A DNA stretch of 64,000 nt. Origin: Candidatus Micrarchaeota archaeon. GTDB taxonomy: Archaea > Micrarchaeota > Micrarchaeia > Anstonellales > Bilamarchaeaceae. Location: NCBI GenBank assembly GCA_022627495.1, contig JAKEGJ010000021.1:78612-142611 (forward strand). Direction: 5' to 3'. Shown here in pieces: positions 32,796-41,985 of the stretch; position 1 is the first letter of the stretch; each line of letters starts with the position of its first letter. Both the position numbers and the translations under genes were made by a program. Under the pieces are notes generated by a model. The model did not search any database. It was not told the DNA's origin and saw nothing but the letters and a program-made list of their open reading frames with translations.

Positions 32796-34765
32796 AATCC
32801 GTTTCCGCCATCAGGAAGGAGCTGCTGGAAGTCCTGCACGACCGCACCATGCTCGCGGTCCTGCTCGTTTTCCCGGTTTTTGTGATGCTGTTCATGGGGA
32901 CTTCGTTCCGCTCCATGGAGATAAACGGGCTCCCAATCGGGCTTGCAGGCCCGGAGAATGTCAGCGCCAGCCCGCTTTTTTCGGGCCTGAACCAGTCGCA
33001 GGCCTTCAAGCTCCAGGAATTCACAAGCGAGGAGGACGCGATGACCGAATTCCGGAACGGAAGGCTCCGGGCCGTAATCATCGTGCCACAGGACTTCGAG
33101 GAATCGCTCCGGAAGGGAAACGGCTCGACAGTCCGCGTGGTGGTGGACAATTCGGATTTGGCGCTTGAGCAGTCCGTACTGGCCGCGCTTTCTTCTGTTA
33201 TCGAGGCATCTTCAACCGACATTACGAAAAGTTACGTGGCATCTGCCTGGGAGGATTTGCAGGACCTCAACGGCTCGACGGCATCGCTCGCTTCGGGCAT
33301 AGCGCAGACGCGCTCCAACATGAACCAGACAAAGGCGTCGCTCGCCCAGATACGCCAGGGGATAGACGAAATAGAAATCGACGCGCTGGAAGCGTCCCTG
33401 GATGGCGCGTCCTCGAACATCGCGGCGCTCCGGAATCAGTTGGAATCCCAGAAGGCGGAGCTTGCGGACGTGTCTGCGGGCAATGAGGAGCTCTTCAACG
33501 AGACCGACGCTTTCTTGTATAACGCCAGCTTCGCACTCAACGAGTCCAAGGAAACCGTCCAGGGCACGCACGAGCGGCTCGGGGCGCAGGTGTCGGAGTT
33601 GAACGGCACTGTTTCAGCGCTGAGCGCTTCGATACTTGGGCTGGAGGCCATCAGGGCCGGAACAACGGACCCGGTTGTGATTGCGGCCCTTGATTTGAAC
33701 ATCGCATCGCTGGAATCGCTGCAGGGCACAACAGAGCAGCAGATAATCGAGGCACAGGCGCAGATGGCAGACCTGAGGGCGCTCAACATAACGCTCCATT
33801 CATTCGGGGATTCGCTCGAAGCGTACTCGGCACAGCTCGAAACAGCGAGAGCTGATTCGGGCAAAATCGGGCAGCTTGGTGCGGCGCTGGACAACGTGTC
33901 GCTGAGGCTTTCGCAGCTGAACGCCTCGTTCAGTTCGGCAAGGTCCGAGGTCGTCAAGCTGAAGGGTCTGCTTTCAGGCATCAAGGGCGCCACTTCGCAG
34001 ATAGACGGAACCCTTGACGACGCGCTCGCCCAGACAGCGTCCGTGGATGCGCTAATCGGCTCGCTCCAGGCGACCGTCGCGGAGCAGACCGGAAAGGACC
34101 CGGACACAATCGCGTCGCCGCTGTCTGTTTCGGTGGAGAACCAGTATGGCGAGCGCTCCAGCTATGTGGATTTCATTATGCCGCAGGTGATCGCGGTGTC
34201 CCTGCTCTTCTCATGCTTCCTGCTTGGCTCGATAAGCCTTGTCCGCGAGAAGACGCACAAGACGATAATCCGGGCGCTCCTGGCCCCGGGCGCGCTCACT
34301 AACATGGTGGTGGGCAAGATAGCCGCCCTAATGCTGATGTCTTTTGTGCAGGTCGCGATGATTCTGCTCGTGGCGCTGCTGCTTTTCGGAGTCAAGCCGC
34401 CTGAGAGCTTTCTGATGCTTCTCTGGGGGACCGCCATTTCTTCGCTCGTCCTCTCATCAATCGGCCTCCTGGTCGGATTCTATGCGCGCAGCGAGTCGGC
34501 GGCCATACAAAGCTGCCTTCTCCTCGCCATCCCGATGCTGTTTTTGGGCAACATCATCTTCTCGCCCGACCTGCTCCCGGTTTACACCCAGATCCTCCAG
34601 CAGCTGCTGCCGCTTTCGCATGTAACCAGCATCTTCAAGGTGGTCCTGATAACGAACGGCGACCCGGCCGGCGACATCGCCGCGCTCCTCTCGTATTTCG
34701 TGCTTCTCGCAATGCTGATGTCCTTTATAATCTTCAAGAGGCGGGACATCACGAATTACATCTGA
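32792..34765 (+). CDS. ABC-2/YhgE-Pip-like permease with a large extracytoplasmic coiled-coil insert
   Basis: ATG at 32792 overlaps the ATPase stop as ATGA. It has an N-terminal TM, a roughly 350-aa Ala/Leu/Ser/Gln-rich insert, and a C-terminal bundle of 5 TM helices. Confidence 0.7.
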   Translation: MKSVSAIRKELLEVLHDRTMLAVLLVFPVFVMLFMGTSFRSMEINGLPIGLAGPENVSASPLFSGLNQSQAFKLQEFTSEEDAMTEFRNGRLRAVIIVPQDFEESLRKGNGSTVRVVVDNSDLALEQSVLAALSSVIEASSTDITKSYVASAWEDLQDLNGSTASLASGIAQTRSNMNQTKASLAQIRQGIDEIEIDALEASLDGASSNIAALRNQLESQKAELADVSAGNEELFNETDAFLYNASFALNESKETVQGTHERLGAQVSELNGTVSALSASILGLEAIRAGTTDPVVIAALDLNIASLESLQGTTEQQIIEAQAQMADLRALNITLHSFGDSLEAYSAQLETARADSGKIGQLGAALDNVSLRLSQLNASFSSARSEVVKLKGLLSGIKGATSQIDGTLDDALAQTASVDALIGSLQATVAEQTGKDPDTIASPLSVSVENQYGERSSYVDFIMPQVIAVSLLFSCFLLGSISLVREKTHKTIIRALLAPGALTNMVVGKIAALMLMSFVQVAMILLVALLLFGVKPPESFLMLLWGTAISSLVLSSIGLLVGFYARSESAAIQSCLLLAIPMLFLGNIIFSPDLLPVYTQILQQLLPLSHVTSIFKVVLITNGDPAGDIAALLSYFVLLAMLMSFIIFKRRDITNYI

Positions 34766-34807
34766 ATTCCGGCAGGACGCAAGATAGGCCGGAGGATTCC
34801 GCTAGCA

Positions 34808-34815
34808 GTATAAAT
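34808..34815 (+). promoter_or_regulatory. TATA-like box
   Basis: GTATAAAT lies 21 nt upstream of the ATG at 34836. Confidence 0.4.
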
Positions 34816-34835
34816 GGAACCGGAGTAGTCCGTCC

Positions 34836-35330
34836 ATGTCTTCCATTGCCCGAATGGCTTTCCTGCTGCTTGTCATGGCGGTTCCGCTGGCTTTTGCTGA
34901 CGTCGGCCCTGCGCCTTCACCCCCCAGGGTCACGGTGCGCCTGATGGATGGCGGGCAGCCGGCTTCAGGAATATCCCTGATAACATACCACTGCATGGGC
35001 GTCGATGATGCCGAGCCGGGCTCGGTCAATCCTTATCCTGTGGATTTCCCGTGCAGCAGCGGGGTTTGCTCAAACAGCGGAGACTGGTATTACAAGTTCA
35101 ACCCGTGCTTCAAGTTCCCGGAGGGGCATTTCACCTACCAGTACGCGGGGAAGGAAGTCAGGACAGAGGCTGTCGGTGACAACAAGAGCTACGACAATTA
35201 CGACATAACGGTGGATGCGCCGACCGGGCAGGTGTCCGGGAACACCGGAAGCTCCTGCAACCTTGCGGGAGCGATTCTGCCGCTGGTCCTTCTCGGGACA
35301 GCCGCCTTCGGAGCGGCGGGCAGAAAGTGA
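34836..35330 (+). CDS. Small secreted Cys-containing protein with a C-terminal hydrophobic tail
   Basis: It has the signal MSSIARMAFLLLVMAVPLAFA, 6 Cys, and a C-terminal SSCNLAGAILPLVLLGTAAFGAAGRK. Confidence 0.55.
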   Translation: MSSIARMAFLLLVMAVPLAFADVGPAPSPPRVTVRLMDGGQPASGISLITYHCMGVDDAEPGSVNPYPVDFPCSSGVCSNSGDWYYKFNPCFKFPEGHFTYQYAGKEVRTEAVGDNKSYDNYDITVDAPTGQVSGNTGSSCNLAGAILPLVLLGTAAFGAAGRK

Positions 35331-35334
35331 TGGC

Positions 35335-35658
35335 GTGGATTTCGTTTTTGCATGCGCGCTCACGGTCGGAATAGAGGCCGCGGCGCTCTTCCTTCTTCTT
35401 CGCGGGCGGTACGAAGCGGCGCTGATTGCCCGGAACGCGGCCATCGCCAGCTCCCTCACACTTCCGTTCGTCTGGTTCGCATTCCCCGCCCTTGGGCTCG
35501 GCTGGGGGATGCAGACCGCGCTTGCCGAAGCGTTCGCGGCCCTGGCGGAAGCGGGAATTTACGCGTTCGCATTCAAGGGCATTAAGCCGGAGGAAGCGCT
35601 GCTCGCAAGCGTGCTGTGCAACTGGTGCTCGTTCATAATAGGCCTTGCCATGGCCTGA
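35335..35658 (+). CDS. Small polytopic membrane protein (start uncertain)
   Basis: It has hydrophobic helices (FVFACALTVGIEAAALFLLL, AIASSLTLPFVWFAFPALGLGW, LASVLCNWCSFIIGLAMA). The only plausible start after the upstream stop is GTG at 35335. Confidence 0.35.
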   Translation: MDFVFACALTVGIEAAALFLLLRGRYEAALIARNAAIASSLTLPFVWFAFPALGLGWGMQTALAEAFAALAEAGIYAFAFKGIKPEEALLASVLCNWCSFIIGLAMA

Positions 35659-35812
35659 GCCCACCCGCGCCAAAGCACTAACTGTATATGGTTATATCCC
35701 TTCCCGCCCCATCGGATGCATGGCAGGCGGATTGTCGCGGTTGGAGAGGGCGGAGGCGCACCATGGGTCCCAGGCAGCCGCCCCGGTCCAAGAAACCCGC
35801 ATTGCGAAATAC

Positions 35813-37030
35813 ATGCGCCCGATAAAAAGAGCCGCGAGGGCTGCGCTGTATATCCTCCTCGCGCCTGTCGCCCTGCTTTCAGGCTGCGGTGGAGAGGAGT
35901 TCCCAAGGGCAGCGCAGCCGGACAGCGGGCCGCGGAGGCCTTCCCCTGACGCGCGCATCGCTCCGCAGGCAGATGTGATGCCGCCGAAGGGACAGCAGCT
36001 ATACTGGTGGCCGGGATATGTAATAAGGGATGGCAAGGCAGTGGATGTGAGCCTTGGATTTTACGAAGTCTATTTCCTGCAGAAGAGCTATGCCTCAGCG
36101 GCGGATATCCCGCAGAGCGCCAGGGACGCGGGAAGGGCAGGCCTGCAGAATGCGGTCGATTTCGCATCGTTTTTCCTCAAGGACGGGTGCGGGAATGCCA
36201 TAATAGGTAACAATGTCTTCTTGTATTCGAGAGAGGGCTGGGAGGCCGGCGGCGGGTACAATGCGGGCCTCATGGGATTCAGGGTGGTGGATGCCGGAGG
36301 TGAGGAGGTCGCAGCATGCTTCCAGAAATGCCCCACCCACGACGAGGTTGTTATGAGGCCAGGGAACGAGAAGGTCTTATTCCACGAGCTTCTGCACGAT
36401 GCATGGGATTCCCACCTGACCGAGGACCAGAGGCAGGATTTCGGGGCCATGGCGAGGACGTTCTTCAATGCCGCAGGCAGCACCCAGCAGGCCGACGAGC
36501 GCATAGGTGCGATTTGGAACGGTTTTTACCACGGCGGCCCAATTGGCTCGCCACAGACCGTACCCCTTGGCTTCCAGCCCTTCCTGACCGGCGGCGAGCT
36601 CGACGCATGGGCAAATGAGGTGCTGGCACCATCCGGACTTTCGGCTGATGAAATCAATAAAATCAAGCTTGCGCTGAGGGCATATTTCGAAATCCACAGC
36701 GGCGTCACGTTCGGCAGGACGCGGGGCTATTCTGATGCCGAGAGGGACACATTCATAGTGCAGGAGGGTTTCGCGTTCCTTGGAGCCCACTATCCGGTGC
36801 TGGACGAATTGTACGGGCTCGGCGCAACGGGCGCTGTCAGGAGGATACCATATTTCATGCAGCGGAGCTACAGCCCGCTGATACGGGATGAGAGGCTCGC
36901 GCACATGATGTACAGGGGCTATGGCCATTTCGTAAGCGAGGGCAGCCTCAGGGCGTTCGCCCCGCATGTCGCCAGTTTCGTCCAATGGATGGCGGAGCAT
37001 TATCCGGCCCTCGAAAACGCGGGGAAGTGA
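35813..37030 (+). CDS. Putative secreted zinc metalloprotease lipoprotein
   Basis: It has a lipobox-like LLSGCGG after MRPIKRAARAALYILLAPVA, and an HExxH motif in VLFHELLHDAW. Confidence 0.5.
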   Translation: MRPIKRAARAALYILLAPVALLSGCGGEEFPRAAQPDSGPRRPSPDARIAPQADVMPPKGQQLYWWPGYVIRDGKAVDVSLGFYEVYFLQKSYASAADIPQSARDAGRAGLQNAVDFASFFLKDGCGNAIIGNNVFLYSREGWEAGGGYNAGLMGFRVVDAGGEEVAACFQKCPTHDEVVMRPGNEKVLFHELLHDAWDSHLTEDQRQDFGAMARTFFNAAGSTQQADERIGAIWNGFYHGGPIGSPQTVPLGFQPFLTGGELDAWANEVLAPSGLSADEINKIKLALRAYFEIHSGVTFGRTRGYSDAERDTFIVQEGFAFLGAHYPVLDELYGLGATGAVRRIPYFMQRSYSPLIRDERLAHMMYRGYGHFVSEGSLRAFAPHVASFVQWMAEHYPALENAGK

Positions 37031-37082
37031 GCATGCCGGCCATTAACGAACTCTTTTAATCCAAATTCGCTTTATCCCTTCC

Positions 37083-38237
37083 ATGGCAGATGGGAAATTT
37101 AATGTCACCCCGTGGGAAGTCAGCGGGGAGATTGATTACGACAAGCTCATCAAGCAGTTCGGCACGAGCAGGCTGGACGCGGCGCTCCGGGAGAAGCTGA
37201 TACGCCTTTCCGGGGGCGACGAGCCGCACCACATGCTCCGGCGCGACTTCTTCTTCTCGCATCGGGATTTGGGGCCGGTGCTGAATGATATAGAGAAGGG
37301 GAAGGGATTTTTCCTCTACACCGGGCGGGGCCCAAGCAAGGCCATGCACATCGGCCACCTGGTGCCCCTGATATTCACCAAGTGGCTGCAGGACAGGTTC
37401 AAGTGCAACCTGTACATCGAGATAACGGATGACGAGAAGTTCTTGCACAAGCGCGAGTATGAGTGGGGCGAGATACAGAAAAACGCCGATGACAACATAC
37501 TCGACATCGCGGCAGTGGGATTTGACCCGGAGCGCACGTTCATCTTCAAGGACAGCGAGTACGTGCGGAACGTTTATCCGCTTCTCATGAAGACAGCCCG
37601 GAAAATCACAGGCTCGACAGCCAAGGCTGTGTTCGGGTTCGACGACTCGACCAATATAGGCATGCAGTTCTATCCGGCCTACCAGGTGGTACCGACCTTC
37701 TTCGAAAAGAAAAGATGCCTGATTCCGGCGGCAATAGACCAGGACCCGTATTGGAGAATCCAGAGGGACATAGCCGAGGGGCTCGGGTATTACAAGACTT
37801 CTGCAATCCACTGCAAGTTCCTCCCGCCCCTGCAGGGGATTTCGGGGAAGATGAGTTCCAGCGCCGGCGCTGAGACCGCCATATTGCTGACGGATGATGA
37901 GAAGGCGGTGAAGAACAAGGTAAACAAGTACGCGTTTTCCGGAGGGCAGCCGACTGTCGAGGAGCACCGGGCCAAGGGCGGCAACCCGGACATCGATGTG
38001 CCGTACCAATGGCTGAGCATACTGTTCGAACCCGACGATGCGAAACTCAAAACCATCCATGACGACTACCGGGCGGGAAAACTCCTGACCGGGGAACTCA
38101 AGGGAATCCTCATCGAGCGCATCAACGGCTTCCTCAAGGAGCACCGCGAGAGGCGGAAGAAGGCCGAGAGCGAGGTCGGGCGGTTCATGAAGACCGGGAA
38201 GCTGGCGCGCGCAATGTGGGAACGCATCCATGAGTAG
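37083..38237 (+). CDS. trpS: Tryptophan--tRNA ligase (archaeal/eukaryal type)
   Basis: It has YTGRGPSKAMHIGHLVPLIFTKWLQDRF ... EITDDEKFL (HIGH region) and KMSSS (KMSKS). Confidence 0.85.
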   Translation: MADGKFNVTPWEVSGEIDYDKLIKQFGTSRLDAALREKLIRLSGGDEPHHMLRRDFFFSHRDLGPVLNDIEKGKGFFLYTGRGPSKAMHIGHLVPLIFTKWLQDRFKCNLYIEITDDEKFLHKREYEWGEIQKNADDNILDIAAVGFDPERTFIFKDSEYVRNVYPLLMKTARKITGSTAKAVFGFDDSTNIGMQFYPAYQVVPTFFEKKRCLIPAAIDQDPYWRIQRDIAEGLGYYKTSAIHCKFLPPLQGISGKMSSSAGAETAILLTDDEKAVKNKVNKYAFSGGQPTVEEHRAKGGNPDIDVPYQWLSILFEPDDAKLKTIHDDYRAGKLLTGELKGILIERINGFLKEHRERRKKAESEVGRFMKTGKLARAMWERIHE

Positions 38238-38249
38238 GGGGGCGGACTG

Positions 38250-38708
38250 ATGGGCAGGAGAAGGATTCCGACTGGGACGCCGATTTCCAAAGCCCTCGCA
38301 TGCGGCATGCTTGAGGATGGGGGACGCGTGCTGTTTTTAGTAAGGAGGGACGCGAACGGCGCCGAGCGCATAGAGATGCCGTGCGTCCTGGTGCCATCCG
38401 GCCGGAGCCCGTTCGCGGACATAAAGGAGGCGTTCGGCAGGCTGACCGGCATCGCCGACTGCCAGGTGCATGAGGCGGCGCTTGAAGGCAGGTTCAACTC
38501 CGGCTCCAGGAAGAGGCGGTTCTGGGTCCCGGTCCTCGCGTTCCGGATCACTGCAAGGGAAAGGCGCGCGAAGCCCGCGCCGGAGTTCTCCGGCTTCCGG
38601 TGGCTTTCACTTGAAGAAGCCCTGAAGCAGAGGATTTCGCGGAACCTGGAATGGCTGAGGATGGCTAGGAAAGCAGGAGAAGAAAGACCGCCGAAGATAG
38701 AAGGATGA
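38250..38708 (+). CDS. NUDIX-fold-like protein with a degenerate Nudix box
   Basis: The layout is LFLVRR ... PSGRSPFADIKEAFGRLTGI ... FRWLSLEEA. The acidic REUxEE residues are not conserved. Confidence 0.4.
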   Translation: MGRRRIPTGTPISKALACGMLEDGGRVLFLVRRDANGAERIEMPCVLVPSGRSPFADIKEAFGRLTGIADCQVHEAALEGRFNSGSRKRRFWVPVLAFRITARERRAKPAPEFSGFRWLSLEEALKQRISRNLEWLRMARKAGEERPPKIEG

Positions 38709-39393
38709 GGAATGCGCCGAGGGCCATGCTCGCCAGGGCCTTCGCGTTCATCGCGCCCCTTTGGCCATGAACGTTTATCTCGAGAGGATAATCGAGGGTC
38801 CCTGAGATTTTATCGCTCCGCGGGGCCGCCGGGTCCAGGACGACAGTGGCCTCGGCGCCGACTTGGAGGCAGTGCTCGGAGATGCGCAGCGCGCCATTCA
38901 GGTAAGTTTTCAGCTTCTCTTTGGCCCCGGGAAGGGACAGTACCGCCCTCAGTGCCGATTCGTCCATAATCTCAGCCGGGCTGATTTCGCTAGTCACATC
39001 CGCTATCGCGCGGAACTGGCGGATGCGGGGCCCGATGCTGTCAAAGAGGCCGGGTTTCGGGCGGACATACCCCTCGAACCGGTCCGGAGGCGAAAGCGAG
39101 AAGGAGGCGTGCGTGGGGTCGACGGGGCGGTCATCTATTTTGAACATGGCCTGGGACTCGTAGGAATAAACCTCCTTCCAGGGTGTTGTCCCCCTCTGGT
39201 AATATTCGACCACCACCCGGGAATAAACGCATTTGCGCTTGCCAATCGGGCTTTCGATTGGCTCGCTGCACCCTACGGCCCCGGTTACGGAATCTGTTGG
39301 GCCCGCCCTACGCCTGACGCCCCGGTAGACCAGGTAGGCGCCACCGGCAAAGAGTATCAGCGGGAAAACTGCTGCCGCCAGGATTTCCTCCAT
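38665..39393 (-). CDS. GIDE-domain-like membrane protein (N- and C-terminal TM)
   Basis: It has an N-terminal TM, then ESPIGKRKCVYSRVVVEYYQ ... WKEVYSYESQAMFKIDDRPVDP, and a C-terminal TM. It is a paralogue-like neighbour of the next gene. Confidence 0.5.
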   Translation of the reverse strand: MEEILAAAVFPLILFAGGAYLVYRGVRRRAGPTDSVTGAVGCSEPIESPIGKRKCVYSRVVVEYYQRGTTPWKEVYSYESQAMFKIDDRPVDPTHASFSLSPPDRFEGYVRPKPGLFDSIGPRIRQFRAIADVTSEISPAEIMDESALRAVLSLPGAKEKLKTYLNGALRISEHCLQVGAEATVVLDPAAPRSDKISGTLDYPLEINVHGQRGAMNAKALASMALGAFLILLSSAVFLLLLS

Positions 39394-39424
39394 GGCATGA
39401 TGTTACAGGAACATATATTTAAGC

Positions 39425-40288
39425 TCACACCAGGCTGTCGGCGATGAAATAGATTATGGCAAGGGAAAGCGGCAGGAGGATTGCGCCTGCTGCGAGCGCG
39501 AAAATCGCGTCCTGGCGCATGTCCTTCACAAGCTGCGCCTCGGCCTCGTCCGATATGAGCAGTATCCCGGCTTCCTTCCCTTTGCCAAGGAGATGCTTTG
39601 GAGAGCCTGTCAGCGAACCGAGCGCGAAAATCGCGTCGCCCTCTTTGATGGCGTATTCCGTCATGGACAGGTTGCGGCGGGAGTGCCTCTCCATGGCAGC
39701 CTCGATTGCGGGATTCGCCTGGATAAAGGCCGCGACGCGCTTGTCGGGAATATGATGCGTGCCTTTACCGATGACCGACCCGCCGGATATCGCGCCTTCG
39801 ATGCTTTCGCGCAATGCGGAGCCGGCGTTCTTCGACGCGTGCATGATGGGCTCGGCCGCATCCGTCTTGGGGTTCTCCGGCGAATTGCTGTATAGGAATG
39901 ACGTGTGCGTCGGGCCTGAGCGGAGGTCCACATCCGCCCGGCCGGAGTCTATTCCGACAGACCCGCTGTCATCTTTTAGCGAGAATTGAATCGTTGATGA
40001 AGCGGATGCGATGATTTTGCTTTTCCAGTGGTACGGGTCGTGCTGGCGGACATACACCTTCCAGAATACGCAGCCGGCGCCCGAAAGGGGCGCCTGCAGC
40101 CCTGCCGCCCCCGCAGCATGCCCGGAAAGCTCCACCAGGCCGATTGCAGCCGAGGAGGCTTTGGACGTCGGGGTGTTCTCAATCTTCTGAACGATTGAAA
40201 ACGCCCTTGCGCCAAAGTAGAGCTTGAAGGCGCCGAAAAGAAGCAGCGCTGCCGGAAAGACGATCAGAAAACCATCGGCAAGGGACAT
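39425..40288 (-). CDS. GIDE-domain membrane protein (N- and C-terminal TM)
   Basis: It has an N-terminal TM, then IENTPTSKASSAAIGLVELSGHA...LQAPLSGAGCVFWKVYV, which matches the prokaryotic GIDE pattern (TPTSKI..A..G.VE..G ... PLSG..CV) as I remember it, and a C-terminal TM. Confidence 0.6.
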   Translation of the reverse strand: MSLADGFLIVFPAALLLFGAFKLYFGARAFSIVQKIENTPTSKASSAAIGLVELSGHAAGAAGLQAPLSGAGCVFWKVYVRQHDPYHWKSKIIASASSTIQFSLKDDSGSVGIDSGRADVDLRSGPTHTSFLYSNSPENPKTDAAEPIMHASKNAGSALRESIEGAISGGSVIGKGTHHIPDKRVAAFIQANPAIEAAMERHSRRNLSMTEYAIKEGDAIFALGSLTGSPKHLLGKGKEAGILLISDEAEAQLVKDMRQDAIFALAAGAILLPLSLAIIYFIADSLV

Positions 40289-40304
40289 GATGACCGTTCT
40301 TCAC

Positions 40305-40703
40305 TCAGACGAGCCTGAACTTGAATCCGTAGTGTATGAGGCCCTCCGGGTCGTCGCGCTGTATCACTCGGAACACGCGGTCCACGCGCGAGCCGATTTT
40401 CACGTCGTGGTTGTGCGCGTCCACGATCTGGCCGGTGAGCCTTGCCCCTTCATCCAGCTCTATCACAGCGAGGATGTAGGGAACCTGGTCCTCGAAGCCG
40501 TCCGGCGGGGCGGTGACCTCGGTGTAAGAATAGACTTTGCCCTTGCCTGAAAACTGGACTTCGCTGATTTTGCCCTTGCGCCTGCATTTGGGGCAAATGG
40601 CCCTTTTCGGGAAGTAAGCGGTATTGCACGCCTCGCAGCGGACGCCGACCATCCGGTAGCGTTCCGGAATGCGCCTCCAGGTGAGCGGGATTGATTCTTT
40701 CAT
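40305..40703 (-). CDS. DUF35 zinc-ribbon/OB-fold protein (thiolase/HMG-CoA synthase-associated family)
   Basis: It has the zinc ribbon CEACNTAYFPKRAICPKC followed by the OB-fold segment GKVYSYTEV ... ILAVIELDEGARLTGQIV. Confidence 0.75.
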   Translation of the reverse strand: MKESIPLTWRRIPERYRMVGVRCEACNTAYFPKRAICPKCRRKGKISEVQFSGKGKVYSYTEVTAPPDGFEDQVPYILAVIELDEGARLTGQIVDAHNHDVKIGSRVDRVFRVIQRDDPEGLIHYGFKFRLV

Positions 40704-40863
40704 TTGAAAACCTCGTTCTTCTCTCGTTGTCTGTACAATAGGGATAGCTATGAAACCGAATTAAAATGTTGCGCAATGAGGCCGGCTCTGCTCCCGGCGA
40801 GCGGATGACGCCCGACCATAGCGCGGGGCGTTCCGTGAAGCCCCGCCAAAAGCCGTTGCATGC

Positions 40864-41388
40864 TCATTTTCGCATGAGCCGTGCGCGGTATTCCTTATAT
40901 GCAGTCGGCACGCCCCTGACGCTTTCCCCCCGGGATACGGCCCATGCGAGGAACGATTCTATGTCATGGAGGTCGCTCTCGGCCTTGTGGCTGCGCCGGT
41001 AGAACCGCACGATTGAGCGCAGCGTAATCCCGAGGTCGGCCGCCTCCTGCCTGCAGAGGGAGGCAAGGGCTGCGAGAACGCTTGGCTTGACCTTGTACCT
41101 TTTCTGGAGTTTTGCGAACACGAGGGCGTCTATGTCCCTGCCCGTCTTGTCTTTCAGCATTTTGACGGCAAGCAGGAGGCCCGCCGCTGCACGCTGGTCG
41201 TATCCCAGCGCCCTAAGTTCCTGAGCTACCTTAGGCGGACAGGAAAGGAGGCCGCTTCCCAGGCCCACGGTATAATCGAGCGGGAAGGTACGGATGTTCG
41301 AAAATGCGTCCTGCGGCTTCATTGCCGCAAGGTCGAACTCGTCCTCAGCCAGCAGCTTTTTTCCCAAGAATCTCTGCGGTACGGCCAT
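40864..41388 (-). CDS. Hypothetical helical protein (third gene of a three-gene operon)
   Basis: This is a 174-aa ORF. GGGTGGGGG lies 12 nt downstream of the upstream stop and ahead of the ATG. I recognised no family. Confidence 0.5.
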   Translation of the reverse strand: MAVPQRFLGKKLLAEDEFDLAAMKPQDAFSNIRTFPLDYTVGLGSGLLSCPPKVAQELRALGYDQRAAAGLLLAVKMLKDKTGRDIDALVFAKLQKRYKVKPSVLAALASLCRQEAADLGITLRSIVRFYRRSHKAESDLHDIESFLAWAVSRGESVRGVPTAYKEYRARLMRK

Positions 41389-41400
41389 GTGCCCCCACCC

Positions 41401-41985
41401 TCACTGCTCGTTCTTATCCGGATTCGCCGGCTTTCTCTGCATGACGGGCGGCAAAGGCGCCCTCGGGATTCCGTTAGCCTGATTCTGCATCCATTCGGGC
41501 CCGCTTCTGGGATAGTAAGGATTTCGCTGCTGGGCTTGCATGTTTGGACGGAACTGGTTTCCAGGGGCCCCCTGAATCCGGGCGGGCTCGCTGACAAGGG
41601 CGTAGGGGTTTCGCTGCATAGGATGCGGAGGCGTCCAGGGCATGCCGGTGTGCCGGCGCTGAATCGGGATTGCGGTGCTGCTTGCAGGGGGCTGCTGCCG
41701 TATCGGCTGCTGCTGCATGGTGAAATCCTGCTGCAACGCGCGGGGCGGCGCGGGCATATGGCCCGGAGGCGGGGGGGGCGGCAGGATGACTTTCGGTGCA
41801 TCTGCCGGGGACATGCACGCCCCGGCCTGCCGGTGCGCGGAAAAGGCTGGGGGCGCCGAAGGCTGGCCCATGATGACGCGGCCCGAGTCCTGAGGTTCGG
41901 GTACGGAGGGTGCGGACGTTTCCAGGGCTTCGTCTATCATTTTTGCAAGCATCGCCGCGGAGATTTTGCCGGGACCCATGCTCAT
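41401..41985 (-). CDS. Pro/Gln-rich low-complexity protein with a short N-terminal amphipathic helix
   Basis: The 194-aa protein has GKISAAMLAKMIDEALE, then about 170 aa rich in P, Q, A and M (PPPPPPGHMPAPP, QQQPIRQQPP, NMQAQQRNPYYP). The start overlaps the upstream stop as ATGA. Confidence 0.5.
   Translation of the reverse strand: MSMGPGKISAAMLAKMIDEALETSAPSVPEPQDSGRVIMGQPSAPPAFSAHRQAGACMSPADAPKVILPPPPPPGHMPAPPRALQQDFTMQQQPIRQQPPASSTAIPIQRRHTGMPWTPPHPMQRNPYALVSEPARIQGAPGNQFRPNMQAQQRNPYYPRSGPEWMQNQANGIPRAPLPPVMQRKPANPDKNEQ

Noticed and set aside
37056-38231. A 391-aa minus-strand ORF.
   Set aside because: It is antisense to trpS, which has HIGH and KMSKS motifs.
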